A DNA stretch of 64,000 nt from Saprospiraceae bacterium (GCA_027488855.1 JAIYAV010000217.1:9197-73196), one strand, 5' to 3'. Counted from the first letter of the stretch, positions 16,025 to 25,246 are shown. Program-made: numbers and translations. The notes: a model not told the origin generated them from the sequence alone.

Positions 16025-17043
16025 CACAAATACTGGTTTTTCACCAAAATCATCTGCGCCAAAATACTCAAAGCAATCTCTGCCGCCGTTTTGGACTTGA
16101 TGGAAATGCCCACTGGCGCGTGAATGCGTTTGAATTCTTCCTCAGTATAACCAGCAGCCATCAGTCTTTCCCGGCGTTTTTCATTGGAGCCCTTGCTGGA
16201 CAGCGCTCCGATGTAGGCTACTTTGGAGCGCAGCAAAAGATGCAATGCCTGATCGTCAATTTTGGGATCATGCGCCATCATTACTGCAAAGGTATATTCA
16301 TCGATTTCGTATTCGGGCAATACTTCCGCCGGGTAATCCTCGTACATTTTATCCGGAGCGGTTGGAAAATGGGTATTTTGGGCAAAAGTACCCCGCGGAT
16401 CAATGACAATGGTTTCGAAATCAAAATACTTGGCCAGATGCACCAATTCGGCGGCTGCATGTGCTGCCCCGATGATGAAGAGCTGGTGCTTTTTCGGAAA
16501 AACGCGGAAGAACCACTTTTCGCCGTCTACTTCTACCAATTGGCTTTTGCGTTCCTGATAGGCTTTTGCCGCCGCTGCAACCAATTCAGCAGGTGTTTCG
16601 CCTACTGTGGTACCATTTGGGTGTACTAGATAATGGTGAGCTTTTTCACCTGACAATTTGGAGATCAGCACACAACTTTTGTTCTCCAATAAATTGCTTC
16701 GTAGGGTTTGCCAAACCGCAGGAGCGTCAAAAGCGACAAATTTTTCCAGAAAAATTTCGATCGTACCTCCACAAGTCAACCCAACTGACCAAGCGTCGTT
16801 GTCGGATACCCCGAATTTGAGGTTTTTGATTTTGGTGCTTTGGCTGGTTTCATCCGCTTCCTTGAGCACTACTCCTTCCACACAGCCCCCAGATACCGAG
16901 CCCAACATTTCCAATTCTGGGCCAATGAACATCATGGTGCCAATGGGGCGTGGGGCACTGCCCCAGGTATTGGTTACGGTAGCCGCACTAAAGGCTTTGC
17001 CTTCCGTGATCCAGCGATCTATTTCGGTGATGTATTCGCGCAT
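16024..17043 (-). CDS. XdhC/CoxI-family accessory protein
   Basis: 'GSAPRPIGTMMFI...GSVSGGCVEG' (XdhC_CoxI N-domain) and Rossmann-like 'LFIIGAAHAAAELVHLAKYFDFETIVIDPR' (XdhC_C). Confidence 0.8.
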   Translation of the reverse strand: MREYITEIDRWITEGKAFSAATVTNTWGSAPRPIGTMMFIGPELEMLGSVSGGCVEGVVLKEADETSQSTKIKNLKFGVSDNDAWSVGLTCGGTIEIFLEKFVAFDAPAVWQTLRSNLLENKSCVLISKLSGEKAHHYLVHPNGTTVGETPAELVAAAAKAYQERKSQLVEVDGEKWFFRVFPKKHQLFIIGAAHAAAELVHLAKYFDFETIVIDPRGTFAQNTHFPTAPDKMYEDYPAEVLPEYEIDEYTFAVMMAHDPKIDDQALHLLLRSKVAYIGALSSKGSNEKRRERLMAAGYTEEEFKRIHAPVGISIKSKTAAEIALSILAQMILVKNQYL

Positions 17044-17147
17044 GCTCTATTTTTTTGATCGAATGCAATAAGATTCCACGCACAATTAACCGCAATTGTG
17101 ATACAGAACGCAATGATAAATAGCAATTGGAAAGATAAAGTTTAACC

Positions 17148-18014
17148 CTATGCTTCAGTTTGTGCGTGAACCACAGCAAATAGTTGAAGCATTGTAGACA
17201 TTTGATCCTTCAAATCTTTGCGGTCGACGATAAAATCGAGAAAGCCGTGTTCGAGCAAAAACTCCGAAGTTTGAAAACCTTCGGGCAACTCGCGCTTGAT
17301 TGTTTCTTTGATGACCCGGGGGCCAGCAAAGCCAATCAAAGCTTCGGGTTCCGCAAAGTTGACATCGCCCAACATCGCAAAAGAGGCGGTAACGCCACCC
17401 GTGGTCGGATCGGTCAACATGGAAAAGAAGGGCAACTGAGCTTTGGCCAAACGGGTGAGTTTAGCCGAAGTTTTGGCCATTTGCATCAAGGAAAAAGCGG
17501 CTTCCATCATGCGCGCACCTCCGGTTTTGGAGATGATCATGAAAGGAAACTTTTCTTCGATACAAAAATCAATGGCTTTGGAAATGCGCTCGCCAACCAC
17601 TGAACCCATCGACCCACCGATAAACTTAAAGTCCATTGCAGCAACCACCAAGGGTAAGTCATTGACTTTTCCAACGGCTACCGTAATGGCATCGGTAACG
17701 CGATTTTTTTTGTAAGCATCGGCAAGGCGATCGGGATACGGCTTGAGATCGGTGAATTGCAGCATGTCCTTTGAGCGCAATTCCTCAAAGAGCAAACCGT
17801 ATTCCTGCTCATCGTAGAGCAGATCGAAATAATCGTAGGACCCAATCCGGGTATGATAATTACACTTTGGACACTTGTGAAAATTCTCCCGCAATTCCTT
17901 CATCGTACTTGCTTCTTTGCAGCGTACGCACTGATGCCAAAGCCCCTCTGGAGCTTCTTTTTTATTGCGGGTGGCGGTCTGTATACCGTCCTTCAATCGT
18001 TTGAACCAACCCAT
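17148..18014 (-). CDS. accD: Acetyl-CoA carboxylase carboxyltransferase subunit beta
   Basis: N-terminal zinc ribbon 'CVRCKEA...CPKCNYHTRI', then carboxyltransferase core 'FIGGSMGSVVGE', 'SGGARMMEA' and 'TDPTTGGVTASFA'. Confidence 0.9.
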   Translation of the reverse strand: MGWFKRLKDGIQTATRNKKEAPEGLWHQCVRCKEASTMKELRENFHKCPKCNYHTRIGSYDYFDLLYDEQEYGLLFEELRSKDMLQFTDLKPYPDRLADAYKKNRVTDAITVAVGKVNDLPLVVAAMDFKFIGGSMGSVVGERISKAIDFCIEEKFPFMIISKTGGARMMEAAFSLMQMAKTSAKLTRLAKAQLPFFSMLTDPTTGGVTASFAMLGDVNFAEPEALIGFAGPRVIKETIKRELPEGFQTSEFLLEHGFLDFIVDRKDLKDQMSTMLQLFAVVHAQTEA

Positions 18015-18098
18015 GAGCGATCGTTACTTTTTTGGCTGGCGGTAAAGGTAGGAAAAAAATTGAATGGGACAAGTTTGAAGATTTCCTTTTCGTTGGGG

Positions 18099-18168
18099 CA
18101 TCGTAGGGGCACCCCTCGCGGGTGCCCTATTTCATAATGGGACACCCGCGAGGGGTGCCCCTACGATG
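18099..18168. repeat. GC-rich ~29-bp-stem palindrome with nested sub-palindromes; terminator-like for the gene ending at 18170
   Basis: Left arm 'catcgtaggggcacccctcgcgggtgccc' and right arm 'gggacacccgcgaggggtgcccctacgatg' are near-perfect complements. Each arm itself contains gggcaccc/gggtgccc. Confidence 0.8.
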
Positions 18169-18169
18169 A

Positions 18170-18904
18170 TCAACCGAACATATCGATCAATTTCTTTTTC
18201 ATCGTGGCAAATTCCTCTTCTGAAAGTACCCCACTATCACGCATTTCGGCCAATTCTTTCAATTTGGCCAAAATTTCCTGCCCATTGGGTTGTTGTGGAG
18301 CTTTTTCAGCTACAGGTGCAGGAGCTTCGCTGGGTTGTTTGGCTTCCTGAGGCACATCGCTGCTTTCACTTGGTCCTTTTTTGCGAATTTTTTCTTCTTT
18401 CGCCCATTCTTCAGTCACCTTTTTACCCTTTTCGAATTTTTCCTTGTAGAGTTTTTTTGCTCTCTCCATTTCAAAATCTAGGATGGTACCGCCTCTTTCA
18501 AAATGAATTTTGAACACTTCGCCAACCGCATAGGTAGATGCACCGGCGAAAATGGCGTTGGGAATTGCACTGACCAAATTGAGGATGGGTATAAATTTGA
18601 TGGCGCTTCCAGCAATCGCTTTGCCTAAGGTGGCACTGGTGATGGAAGAAACCACGGCCTTACCTTGAGCCTCAGCAAATTCAATATTGTACACCCGGCA
18701 CAGTTGCCGAATCATATCCAGTTGAACGGCGCCAATAGCCAGGATGTCAGCTACGGGAAGGCGGACAAAACCACCCGCAGCGGCAGCAGCTAAGGTGTGT
18801 GTACGAATGACGGTTTCAGCGTGTTTTGAACGCTCCACATTTGGTTCACTCATAAAGCTATTTTTAAGCGTGTTTTTGGCAAAATCGAACAATTGCTTTT
18901 TCAC
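18170..18904 (-). CDS. Hypothetical protein with a C-terminal SHOCT-like domain (N-terminal part possibly DUF697-like)
   Basis: The C-terminus 'LAEMRDSGVLSEEEFATMKKKLIDMFG' is SHOCT-like. A central K/E/P-rich linker is present. The hydrophobic, A/G-rich N-terminal domain resembles DUF697 (tentative). Confidence 0.5.
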   Translation of the reverse strand: MKKQLFDFAKNTLKNSFMSEPNVERSKHAETVIRTHTLAAAAAGGFVRLPVADILAIGAVQLDMIRQLCRVYNIEFAEAQGKAVVSSITSATLGKAIAGSAIKFIPILNLVSAIPNAIFAGASTYAVGEVFKIHFERGGTILDFEMERAKKLYKEKFEKGKKVTEEWAKEEKIRKKGPSESSDVPQEAKQPSEAPAPVAEKAPQQPNGQEILAKLKELAEMRDSGVLSEEEFATMKKKLIDMFG

Positions 18905-18923
18905 TGTGGTAAAAATTTAGTTT

Positions 18924-18931
18924 CAAAACTA
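18924..18931 (-). promoter_or_regulatory. Candidate Bacteroidota -7 promoter box (TAnnTTTG)
   Basis: The minus strand reads TAGTTTTG, 20 nt upstream of the start at 18904. This is a motif match only. Confidence 0.3.
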
Positions 18932-19024
18932 AGGCTTTCTCCAGCCTCGTGCTGAAAATATCGACAAGTGGAGAAAGTTCTGAGATTAAACCGTGAATGA
19001 AGCACGTATTTCTAAAGTCTTCCT

Positions 19025-19032
19025 TAATTTTG
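19025..19032 (+). promoter_or_regulatory. Candidate Bacteroidota -7 promoter box (TAnnTTTG)
   Basis: TAATTTTG lies 21 nt upstream of the TTG start at 19053. This is a motif match only. Confidence 0.3.
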
Positions 19033-19052
19033 TGCCCTAATATCTGTGGCAA

Positions 19053-19898
19053 TTGAGCAAGCAATACATCAATTTAGACGGCAAGCTGATTGAATCCAAT
19101 CAGGCCTGTCTGAGTGCCAACAACCGAGCCTTCCATTATGGAGATGGCTTATTTGAAAGCATTCGCATGATCAACCAGCACATTCCTCTGCTTCAACTAC
19201 ACTTGCAGCGCCTGCACATCGGTATGGCTGCACTGGAGATCAAACCTCCGGTGGACTGGAACCTGGAGTTTTGGAAGGAACAAATCGCCAAGGTTTGTCA
19301 CAAGTGGCAACATGCCCGCATCCGCATCACCGTTTTTCGGACTGAAGGTGGCTTGTATACCCCCAATTCCCACGATGCCCGATTTTTGATCGAGGCTGAA
19401 AAACTGGAGGACGAACAATACCATTGGAATAAGGATGGACTGAGTGTAGCGATTTGCAACATCGCTCAAATCCACGCGGGCTCACTTTTGTCCAACCTAA
19501 AAACCTGCAACGCGCTACCTTATGTATTAGGAGCCATTTTTGCCCGCAAGCACCAATTGGGCGATAGCCTTTTACTCAACCAACACGAACGTTTGGTAGA
19601 AAGCTCCAGCTCCAACTTGTATCTGGTGCGAGAAGGAATCGTGGTCACTCCTCCCCTTTCGGAGGGTTGTGTGGACGGCGTTTTTCGCAAATTTTTGCTC
19701 CGGGAAATGCCCAAAGCGGGCTGGAACATCCAGGAACGCCCAATCCGCCCCGCTGATTTGCGGCAAGCTGAGGAGGTTTTTTTGAGCAATGCCGTGCGGG
19801 GGATCCGTTGGGTAAAACTGTTTGGCGACCGCAACTTCAGCAAAAAGCAAAGCAAAAAACTTCACGATTGGGTCAACGAAACTTTAGCTAAACAATAA
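19053..19898 (+). CDS. Class IV aminotransferase-fold protein (aminodeoxychorismate lyase-like)
   Basis: 'NRAFHYGDGLFESIRM', 'SNLKTCNALPYVLG' and 'NLYLV..G.VVTPPLSEGCVDGVFR' are typical of fold-type IV PLP enzymes. The start codon is TTG. Confidence 0.75.
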   Translation: MSKQYINLDGKLIESNQACLSANNRAFHYGDGLFESIRMINQHIPLLQLHLQRLHIGMAALEIKPPVDWNLEFWKEQIAKVCHKWQHARIRITVFRTEGGLYTPNSHDARFLIEAEKLEDEQYHWNKDGLSVAICNIAQIHAGSLLSNLKTCNALPYVLGAIFARKHQLGDSLLLNQHERLVESSSSNLYLVREGIVVTPPLSEGCVDGVFRKFLLREMPKAGWNIQERPIRPADLRQAEEVFLSNAVRGIRWVKLFGDRNFSKKQSKKLHDWVNETLAKQ

Positions 19899-19986
19899 AA
19901 AAGGTATCGATCTATGTAACCTTTTTCTAAAAATGGGGGTCATTAGGGGATTCTTACATCTTTGAAGCAAAACAAAGCAATACCTA

Positions 19987-21222
19987 ATGACCCAAAGTCT
20001 ACCTACCACTACACCTACCAAACGGATTTTAACCGTTGATGCCTTGCGCGGTTTTGCCCTATTGGGCATCATGATCGTACACATGATCGAGCAATACCTG
20101 GGTTCTGGAGCGCCCAAGGAGCACCAAAATTATGCCGCACACCACGATGTGGATCAGGTCTTTATGGCCATTTCTGGCATTCTGCTGCAAGGCAAGTTTT
20201 TCGCCATTTTTTCTTTCCTGTTTGGTCTGAGTTTTTTCCTGCAAATGGAAACTGCACGCCGCAAAGCTGAACCCTTTATTGGTCGTTTTGTCTGGCGTTT
20301 GTTGCTCCTGTTTGTCATTGGTTTTATCCACAGCCTCTTTTATGCAGGTGATATTTTGAGCATTTATGCAATGGTTGGTTTAGGGCTGGTGCTTTTTTAC
20401 CGCGCTTCGAATCGAACCTTGTTGATTTTTGCAGGCATTTTTATGTGTGGGGTGCCCAGGTTGATTCTTTGGGCATTCCGGGCAGCCTACGACATTCCGC
20501 CAATGGATTGGGAATCCCTCGATCCTCAGAATGCCTGGTATTTTGACACGGTAAAAAATGGCTCGCTGTGGGAAATTTTTAAAGCCAATGCCACCAGAGG
20601 ATTTAGCATGAAACTCTTTTTTCAGTTTGACACCGACAGTCGGGGTTACATGACTTTTGGGCTTTTTTTGCTGGGCATCTGGGTAGGTCGAACTGGTTTT
20701 TTTGAAAATTTAGCGCAGCATCGGCGTTTGTTGATCCGCCTGATTTGGGGTAGTTTAGCTGTGATTGTGACCTTGGCTGTTGGCTTGACTTTTATGTTCA
20801 GCCGCATTACAGATTACAACAGTTTGCCAGCCATGATCGGGAGGTCTTTGGGCGATATTGGCAATTATTTGATCGCCTTATTTGAGGTGAGTATTTTTCT
20901 CCTGTTGTGTTTGGGCAAACGAGGGCCGGGCATGATTGGCGCATTGGCTCCTTACGGCAAAATGGCCCTGACCAATTACGTGATGCAATCCTTGATTGGC
21001 ACCTTTATCTTTTTTGGTTGGGGGCTTGGGCAAATCGGGGCCTGGGGTGCCAGCATCAACTTTGGACTGGCAATTCTTGTGTACATCCTGCAAGTGCAGT
21101 TCTGCAAATGGTGGTTGAAAAAATACCAGTACGGGCCGCTGGAGTGGTTGTGGCGGAGTGGGACGCAGTTGCGCTGGGCGCCTTTGCGGCGGGAAGCGAC
21201 GATAGAAATTGCTGCGAATTGA
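19987..21222 (+). CDS. DUF418 (YeiB-like) multi-pass membrane protein
   Basis: 'VDALRGFALLGIM', 'PYGKMALTNYVMQS' and 'YGPLEWLWRS' are hallmark motifs of DUF418/YeiB. Confidence 0.8.
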   Translation: MTQSLPTTTPTKRILTVDALRGFALLGIMIVHMIEQYLGSGAPKEHQNYAAHHDVDQVFMAISGILLQGKFFAIFSFLFGLSFFLQMETARRKAEPFIGRFVWRLLLLFVIGFIHSLFYAGDILSIYAMVGLGLVLFYRASNRTLLIFAGIFMCGVPRLILWAFRAAYDIPPMDWESLDPQNAWYFDTVKNGSLWEIFKANATRGFSMKLFFQFDTDSRGYMTFGLFLLGIWVGRTGFFENLAQHRRLLIRLIWGSLAVIVTLAVGLTFMFSRITDYNSLPAMIGRSLGDIGNYLIALFEVSIFLLLCLGKRGPGMIGALAPYGKMALTNYVMQSLIGTFIFFGWGLGQIGAWGASINFGLAILVYILQVQFCKWWLKKYQYGPLEWLWRSGTQLRWAPLRREATIEIAAN

Positions 21223-21232
21223 TTAGCGCCCT

Positions 21233-21326
21233 CTAAGGTGATTCTTGAGTGCCTTAGGTTTCTTAGGTGGTGAAAAAAAATTGGTCCACCACCTAAGAAA
21301 CCTAAGGCACTCAAGAATCACCTCAG
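21233..21326. repeat. CTTAGGTG-word palindromic element, subtype 1 (40-bp arms, 1 mismatch, 14-nt loop)
   Basis: The left arm 'ctaaggtgattcttgagtgccttaggtttcttaggtggtg' equals the reverse complement of 21287-21326 except for one base. It lies between convergent genes. Confidence 0.9.
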
Positions 21327-21331
21327 TCGCT

Positions 21332-21853
21332 TTATTTTAAGCCCATCTCCACATTCCGCTGATGGTGCTCAGCATGGTAAATCGTAAAATACATCAACTC
21401 CCGCAACGTCAATTTCCCCAACAGCGGATGGGGTGCCTGCAAAGTATCCAGGTCCGACTCACTCAGGGAATCCAACAATCGATCCAGACCAGCGATCATT
21501 TGCAACAATCTTTCAGCTCCATAACTTTGAAAACCTTCGCCCGGAACTTTGGGTTCATAAGCCTTGGGGGATTTTCCACCCTTTGCCAGGGCATCCTGAT
21601 AAGTCTTGACCAGGGTGTCATAGTCCAGGGAAGCATGTTTGGCACGCCCAAAAACCAGGCGCAGCAAAAAACTCGGTAAACTCAGTCCCAATACAACAGG
21701 CCGCACGCTGCGGATCAAGTGATCAAGTTGCTGCGCAGCCGACCATTTTCCTTCGGGATGAAAAACAAAAGCCTCGGGGCTCAGGTTTTGAACCAATTCG
21801 CAAAACTGGCCGTATTGCGCATGAAGCCTTTGGATGATTTCCTGCTTGTCCAT
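21332..21853 (-). CDS. DinB-superfamily protein
   Basis: The 173-aa helical-bundle-type sequence ends in 'FTIYHAEHHQRNVE', typical of DinB_2. Confidence 0.65.
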   Translation of the reverse strand: MDKQEIIQRLHAQYGQFCELVQNLSPEAFVFHPEGKWSAAQQLDHLIRSVRPVVLGLSLPSFLLRLVFGRAKHASLDYDTLVKTYQDALAKGGKSPKAYEPKVPGEGFQSYGAERLLQMIAGLDRLLDSLSESDLDTLQAPHPLLGKLTLRELMYFTIYHAEHHQRNVEMGLK

Positions 21854-21872
21854 TTTTTAAGTTTGATCATGA

Positions 21873-22439
21873 CTACCCTAGTCCCAAATTCGATTTAAAA
21901 ATCTTCACCGCCACTGCCAATAAAATCACGCCCATAAATTTGCGGATGACCAGCAGGCCACCTCTCCCGAGTAATTTTTCGAGTAAGCGTAAAGAACGCA
22001 GGACGATGTAAATGATCAGTAAGTTGAGCAGGATGCCAATAACAATCGTCAAGGAATCGAAATTGGTTTTGAGTGAAATAACCGTAGTCAAGGTCCCTGA
22101 ACCCGCAATCAGTGGAAAGGCTACTGGCACCAGGCTCCCCGTTTGGTTTTCATCTTCGGATTTAAAAATGTCAATCCCGAGGGTCATTTCCAGGCCCATG
22201 ATGAAAATCAGAATGGAACCTGCTACGGCAAAAGATTTTAAATCCACGCCTAAAACGTGCAAAAAGGCTTCACCGATAAACAAAAAAACCAGCATCAACA
22301 AGCCAGCAAAAGTGGTGGCTTTCCAGGCCTGAATTTGCCCAATGCGCTCACTGATCGAAATGAGGATGGGAATATTGCCCAACATATCGATGATGGCAAA
22401 AAGGGTAAAAGTGACAGTAAAGATGTGGTCGAAATTCAT
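21873..22439 (-). CDS. MarC-family (UPF0056) integral membrane protein
   Basis: 188 aa with six hydrophobic segments. 'FAIIDMLGNIPI' and 'VAFPLIAGSGTLTTVI' are MarC signatures. Confidence 0.75.
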   Translation of the reverse strand: MNFDHIFTVTFTLFAIIDMLGNIPILISISERIGQIQAWKATTFAGLLMLVFLFIGEAFLHVLGVDLKSFAVAGSILIFIMGLEMTLGIDIFKSEDENQTGSLVPVAFPLIAGSGTLTTVISLKTNFDSLTIVIGILLNLLIIYIVLRSLRLLEKLLGRGGLLVIRKFMGVILLAVAVKIFKSNLGLG

Positions 22440-22474
22440 AAGGGCAGGTGTTGAAAAAGTACTTGGGAAAGATA

Positions 22475-22963
22475 CTACTTCCCTTTCAATTTTTCAATCG
22501 CCTTCAACACATCCTGCCTATTGTCTGCTGCGGTCATCCAGCGGGGTAACCTTGCGCCAATGCTCCGGCTCATGCGAGGACTGGTGTTTCGTTCCCGGAG
22601 TTTGGCACCCACGTGTTCCGCCAAAAACTCCAGGTGTGCGAGGTTATAGGCCCAAAGGGTATGGCCGGAAAAATCGGCTTGCAGCCATACGGGCAGGTGA
22701 AAAAACGGATCGATGGGGGCACCAAAAATCAATACATTGCCCCGTTTCTGCTTCGGTTCCTGACGGGGAGAGATTTTTTCCAGGGTTTTATTGTAGCCAC
22801 AGCTTGTACATACAACCTTAATGTCGTACTGCGATTTTTTCAAGGCTTCAAAATCGCCAGTATGTACGATTGCCTGCTCCGAACACTGGGGGCAAACCAC
22901 CAGAATGTCTTTGGCAAATTGGTAGAGGAGGGTTTCGTAAGTATGTTTGCTGCGCTCTTCCAT
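22475..22963 (-). CDS. Hypothetical protein with two CxxC zinc-ribbon-like pairs
   Basis: 162-aa ORF with 'CPQCSEQ' and 'CTSCGYN'. It is the last gene of a three-gene same-strand cassette. Confidence 0.55.
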   Translation of the reverse strand: MEERSKHTYETLLYQFAKDILVVCPQCSEQAIVHTGDFEALKKSQYDIKVVCTSCGYNKTLEKISPRQEPKQKRGNVLIFGAPIDPFFHLPVWLQADFSGHTLWAYNLAHLEFLAEHVGAKLRERNTSPRMSRSIGARLPRWMTAADNRQDVLKAIEKLKGK

Positions 22964-22968
22964 GGTAT

Positions 22969-24234
22969 TTAGTTTAATCCGTGAAGTTTACGAAGATGGC
23001 TGATGATGCGTCCGAAATGCTCCTGGTGTTTTCCAGCGCTGAGTTCCTGGTCAAATGCGCCAGCTATTTTTTCAACCAACTCAATGTATTCAGGACTAGA
23101 TTGGGCATAAAGGTGTTTGCTAAAGGTCAGTTTTTGTTCATCTTCTTTAAAGTTGATGTCCAATTTTAGCTCACCTGAGGCCAACAGCAGGCTTCTCCCG
23201 GTATACTCCCCGGTTTTGTCTTCCAAAATATTGGCCTCGGAACCTCCTATCTGGTTCAAAACAAATTTTAAAAACACGGGTAACATGCCAGGTTTTACCG
23301 GGTAGAGGGTGTAATAATGATCTTCAGGGTTGTAGGTGCCTTTCCAGGGAGGGAGTTTTTCGAGTTGACGCAATTGCAATTGTAGTTTGCCCTTTTTATC
23401 CTGTTTCCATTCAAAAAAGGTGTTTACCCAATCATTGTCAATGTTTTGGACATTGATCATCCGGGTTTCGGTATCATTATAAGGTACTGCGTAGCCATCG
23501 TCATTCAAATAGTTGTACACCACCAGGCCATGCTCTGTTTCGGGAAGGTCTTCTTTCTGAGTATCCCAATTTTCAAATTCTGCATGAAAAACCAGGCTTG
23601 TCCGATCAGGAGAGAACGCCAGGGCTCCGTGAGGGTAGGGAAAGGAATAATTGTCCAGGCTCTCGTTTTTGGTGTTGAATCGCTTGATTTCTCGCGTCTG
23701 TACGTCCAAAACAGCGTGTTCGGTAATCATCAAAAAGCGCCCACCTTCCAATTGATCGAGGGTTTCCATTTCGGCTGGATCATCTTCTATAAAAACTTCG
23801 GTATAAGGCCCGGGTTGCCCATTTTCACTGTCCAAAAATTGCAAAGAGGCGGATTCTGAACTTTGTTCTACCAGGGGTTCCATCACCAAAGTTTTATCCT
23901 TTACGTAAATGAGGTACAAGCTTTGGCTGCCTGCGATGAGGCTTGGACTCGGAGTCCCTGGCAATGCAAAAACTCTCCATAAAAAAGGCAGGCCAGTGTT
24001 GGTTTCCAGCTTTTTTGGGAACTGGATAGCCTTTCCTTCATAAAAAATGGAGTAGACTACATCGGTTTGTTTGATATAACCATGGTTCAAATTAAACCCA
24101 TAACCAGAATTAACAACTGCTTTGATGGTAAAGGGACCATAAGTGAATTCCTTTTCTATGTTAGGGCGTTTGCCAAACCACAGGTAAAGCAATATTGAAG
24201 CGACGATTAAAGCCAAAAAAATTGCTACTTTCAT
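22969..24234 (-). CDS. Hypothetical membrane-anchored protein
   Basis: 421-aa ORF with an N-terminal TM helix 'VAIFLALIVASILLYLWF'. It lies 5 nt upstream of the next gene. I recognise no family. Confidence 0.55.
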   Translation of the reverse strand: MKVAIFLALIVASILLYLWFGKRPNIEKEFTYGPFTIKAVVNSGYGFNLNHGYIKQTDVVYSIFYEGKAIQFPKKLETNTGLPFLWRVFALPGTPSPSLIAGSQSLYLIYVKDKTLVMEPLVEQSSESASLQFLDSENGQPGPYTEVFIEDDPAEMETLDQLEGGRFLMITEHAVLDVQTREIKRFNTKNESLDNYSFPYPHGALAFSPDRTSLVFHAEFENWDTQKEDLPETEHGLVVYNYLNDDGYAVPYNDTETRMINVQNIDNDWVNTFFEWKQDKKGKLQLQLRQLEKLPPWKGTYNPEDHYYTLYPVKPGMLPVFLKFVLNQIGGSEANILEDKTGEYTGRSLLLASGELKLDINFKEDEQKLTFSKHLYAQSSPEYIELVEKIAGAFDQELSAGKHQEHFGRIISHLRKLHGLN

Positions 24235-24241
24235 TATTAAT

Positions 24242-25246
24242 TTAGGATTTTGATGCGTTTTGTTTGCTTAACAACTCCTCCCGCCATTTGGCCTCTTCAG
24301 CCGGGGTAGCGGAGTACCGATCGCCATTTCCATCCAGGTAAATGTAGTGGATTTGGCCGCCACTGTCCATAAAAAGTTGTTTGGATTCGGCATTGTCAAC
24401 AACCTGGGCTAGGGTAGATTTTTCGGAGTAGTGTTCCCCCGAGTAAGTCAATCCTGCTATCGATTCTTCTTCATTTGGCCTGGCAGTGGCTGCTTTTTCA
24501 GCCGCAATTTGAGCACTAATCAGGGCATTGATTTCCGAGCGCATTTCGGGCGTGATGGGGACATATTCTGGCAGCGGCACATTTAAAAAATGCTCAAAAG
24601 AAAGAAAATTCAGGTAAACCAGCCCGTCGTGCCAGTTGCTGCGCCCCCATTCGATGCCGAAGTCCCGTACGGTGACAAAATCACTCACCTTATCGTCTCC
24701 ATCCGTCCATTGCAAAGGTGACACAGGAAAGTTTGGGTATTCAAAAAACTGAAAATGCTGGTAAGAGGCCGGACTGCCTGCCTGAATAAACGCATTGCGG
24801 ATTTTGGCGATGATCCACTTGCGGGTATGTAAGTCAGGCAAGGGCATGAGTGGGCCATAAAACCAAAAGTCACTGAATAGTTGCTCGTAAACCTTGTCCG
24901 GGGCAGGGCTAAACTGGCCGGAAATGTCTTTGTAAAAAAGGCCTTCCGCGTTGATGGTCAAAGCCCATTGGTAAGTATTGGTGATCTTGACGGAGTATAC
25001 AAATTCTTCTGGTTCAATTCTTTCGGGGCGCAGTTGTCTCCAAAAATCGTAGCGCAAACGGGCGGTTTCGGAAAGTTCATTGTAAAGCTCCGAAGCCATT
25101 TCTACACCGCGGCGCATGGCGTCGTTGCGAACGGAGAGGGCTTCGCCGGATAGAGGGTCGTAGGTTTCGAAGAGTTCGGGAATGCTCCAGTTTTTTTCAA
25201 AGCTGGGAGTGTGTTGCTGGATGGTATTGCTGGTGAATTGTAGCAT
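24242..25246 (-). CDS. Hypothetical protein
   Basis: 334-aa ORF, first gene of the cassette, 7 nt from the next gene. I recognise no family. Confidence 0.55.
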   Translation of the reverse strand: MLQFTSNTIQQHTPSFEKNWSIPELFETYDPLSGEALSVRNDAMRRGVEMASELYNELSETARLRYDFWRQLRPERIEPEEFVYSVKITNTYQWALTINAEGLFYKDISGQFSPAPDKVYEQLFSDFWFYGPLMPLPDLHTRKWIIAKIRNAFIQAGSPASYQHFQFFEYPNFPVSPLQWTDGDDKVSDFVTVRDFGIEWGRSNWHDGLVYLNFLSFEHFLNVPLPEYVPITPEMRSEINALISAQIAAEKAATARPNEEESIAGLTYSGEHYSEKSTLAQVVDNAESKQLFMDSGGQIHYIYLDGNGDRYSATPAEEAKWREELLSKQNASKS

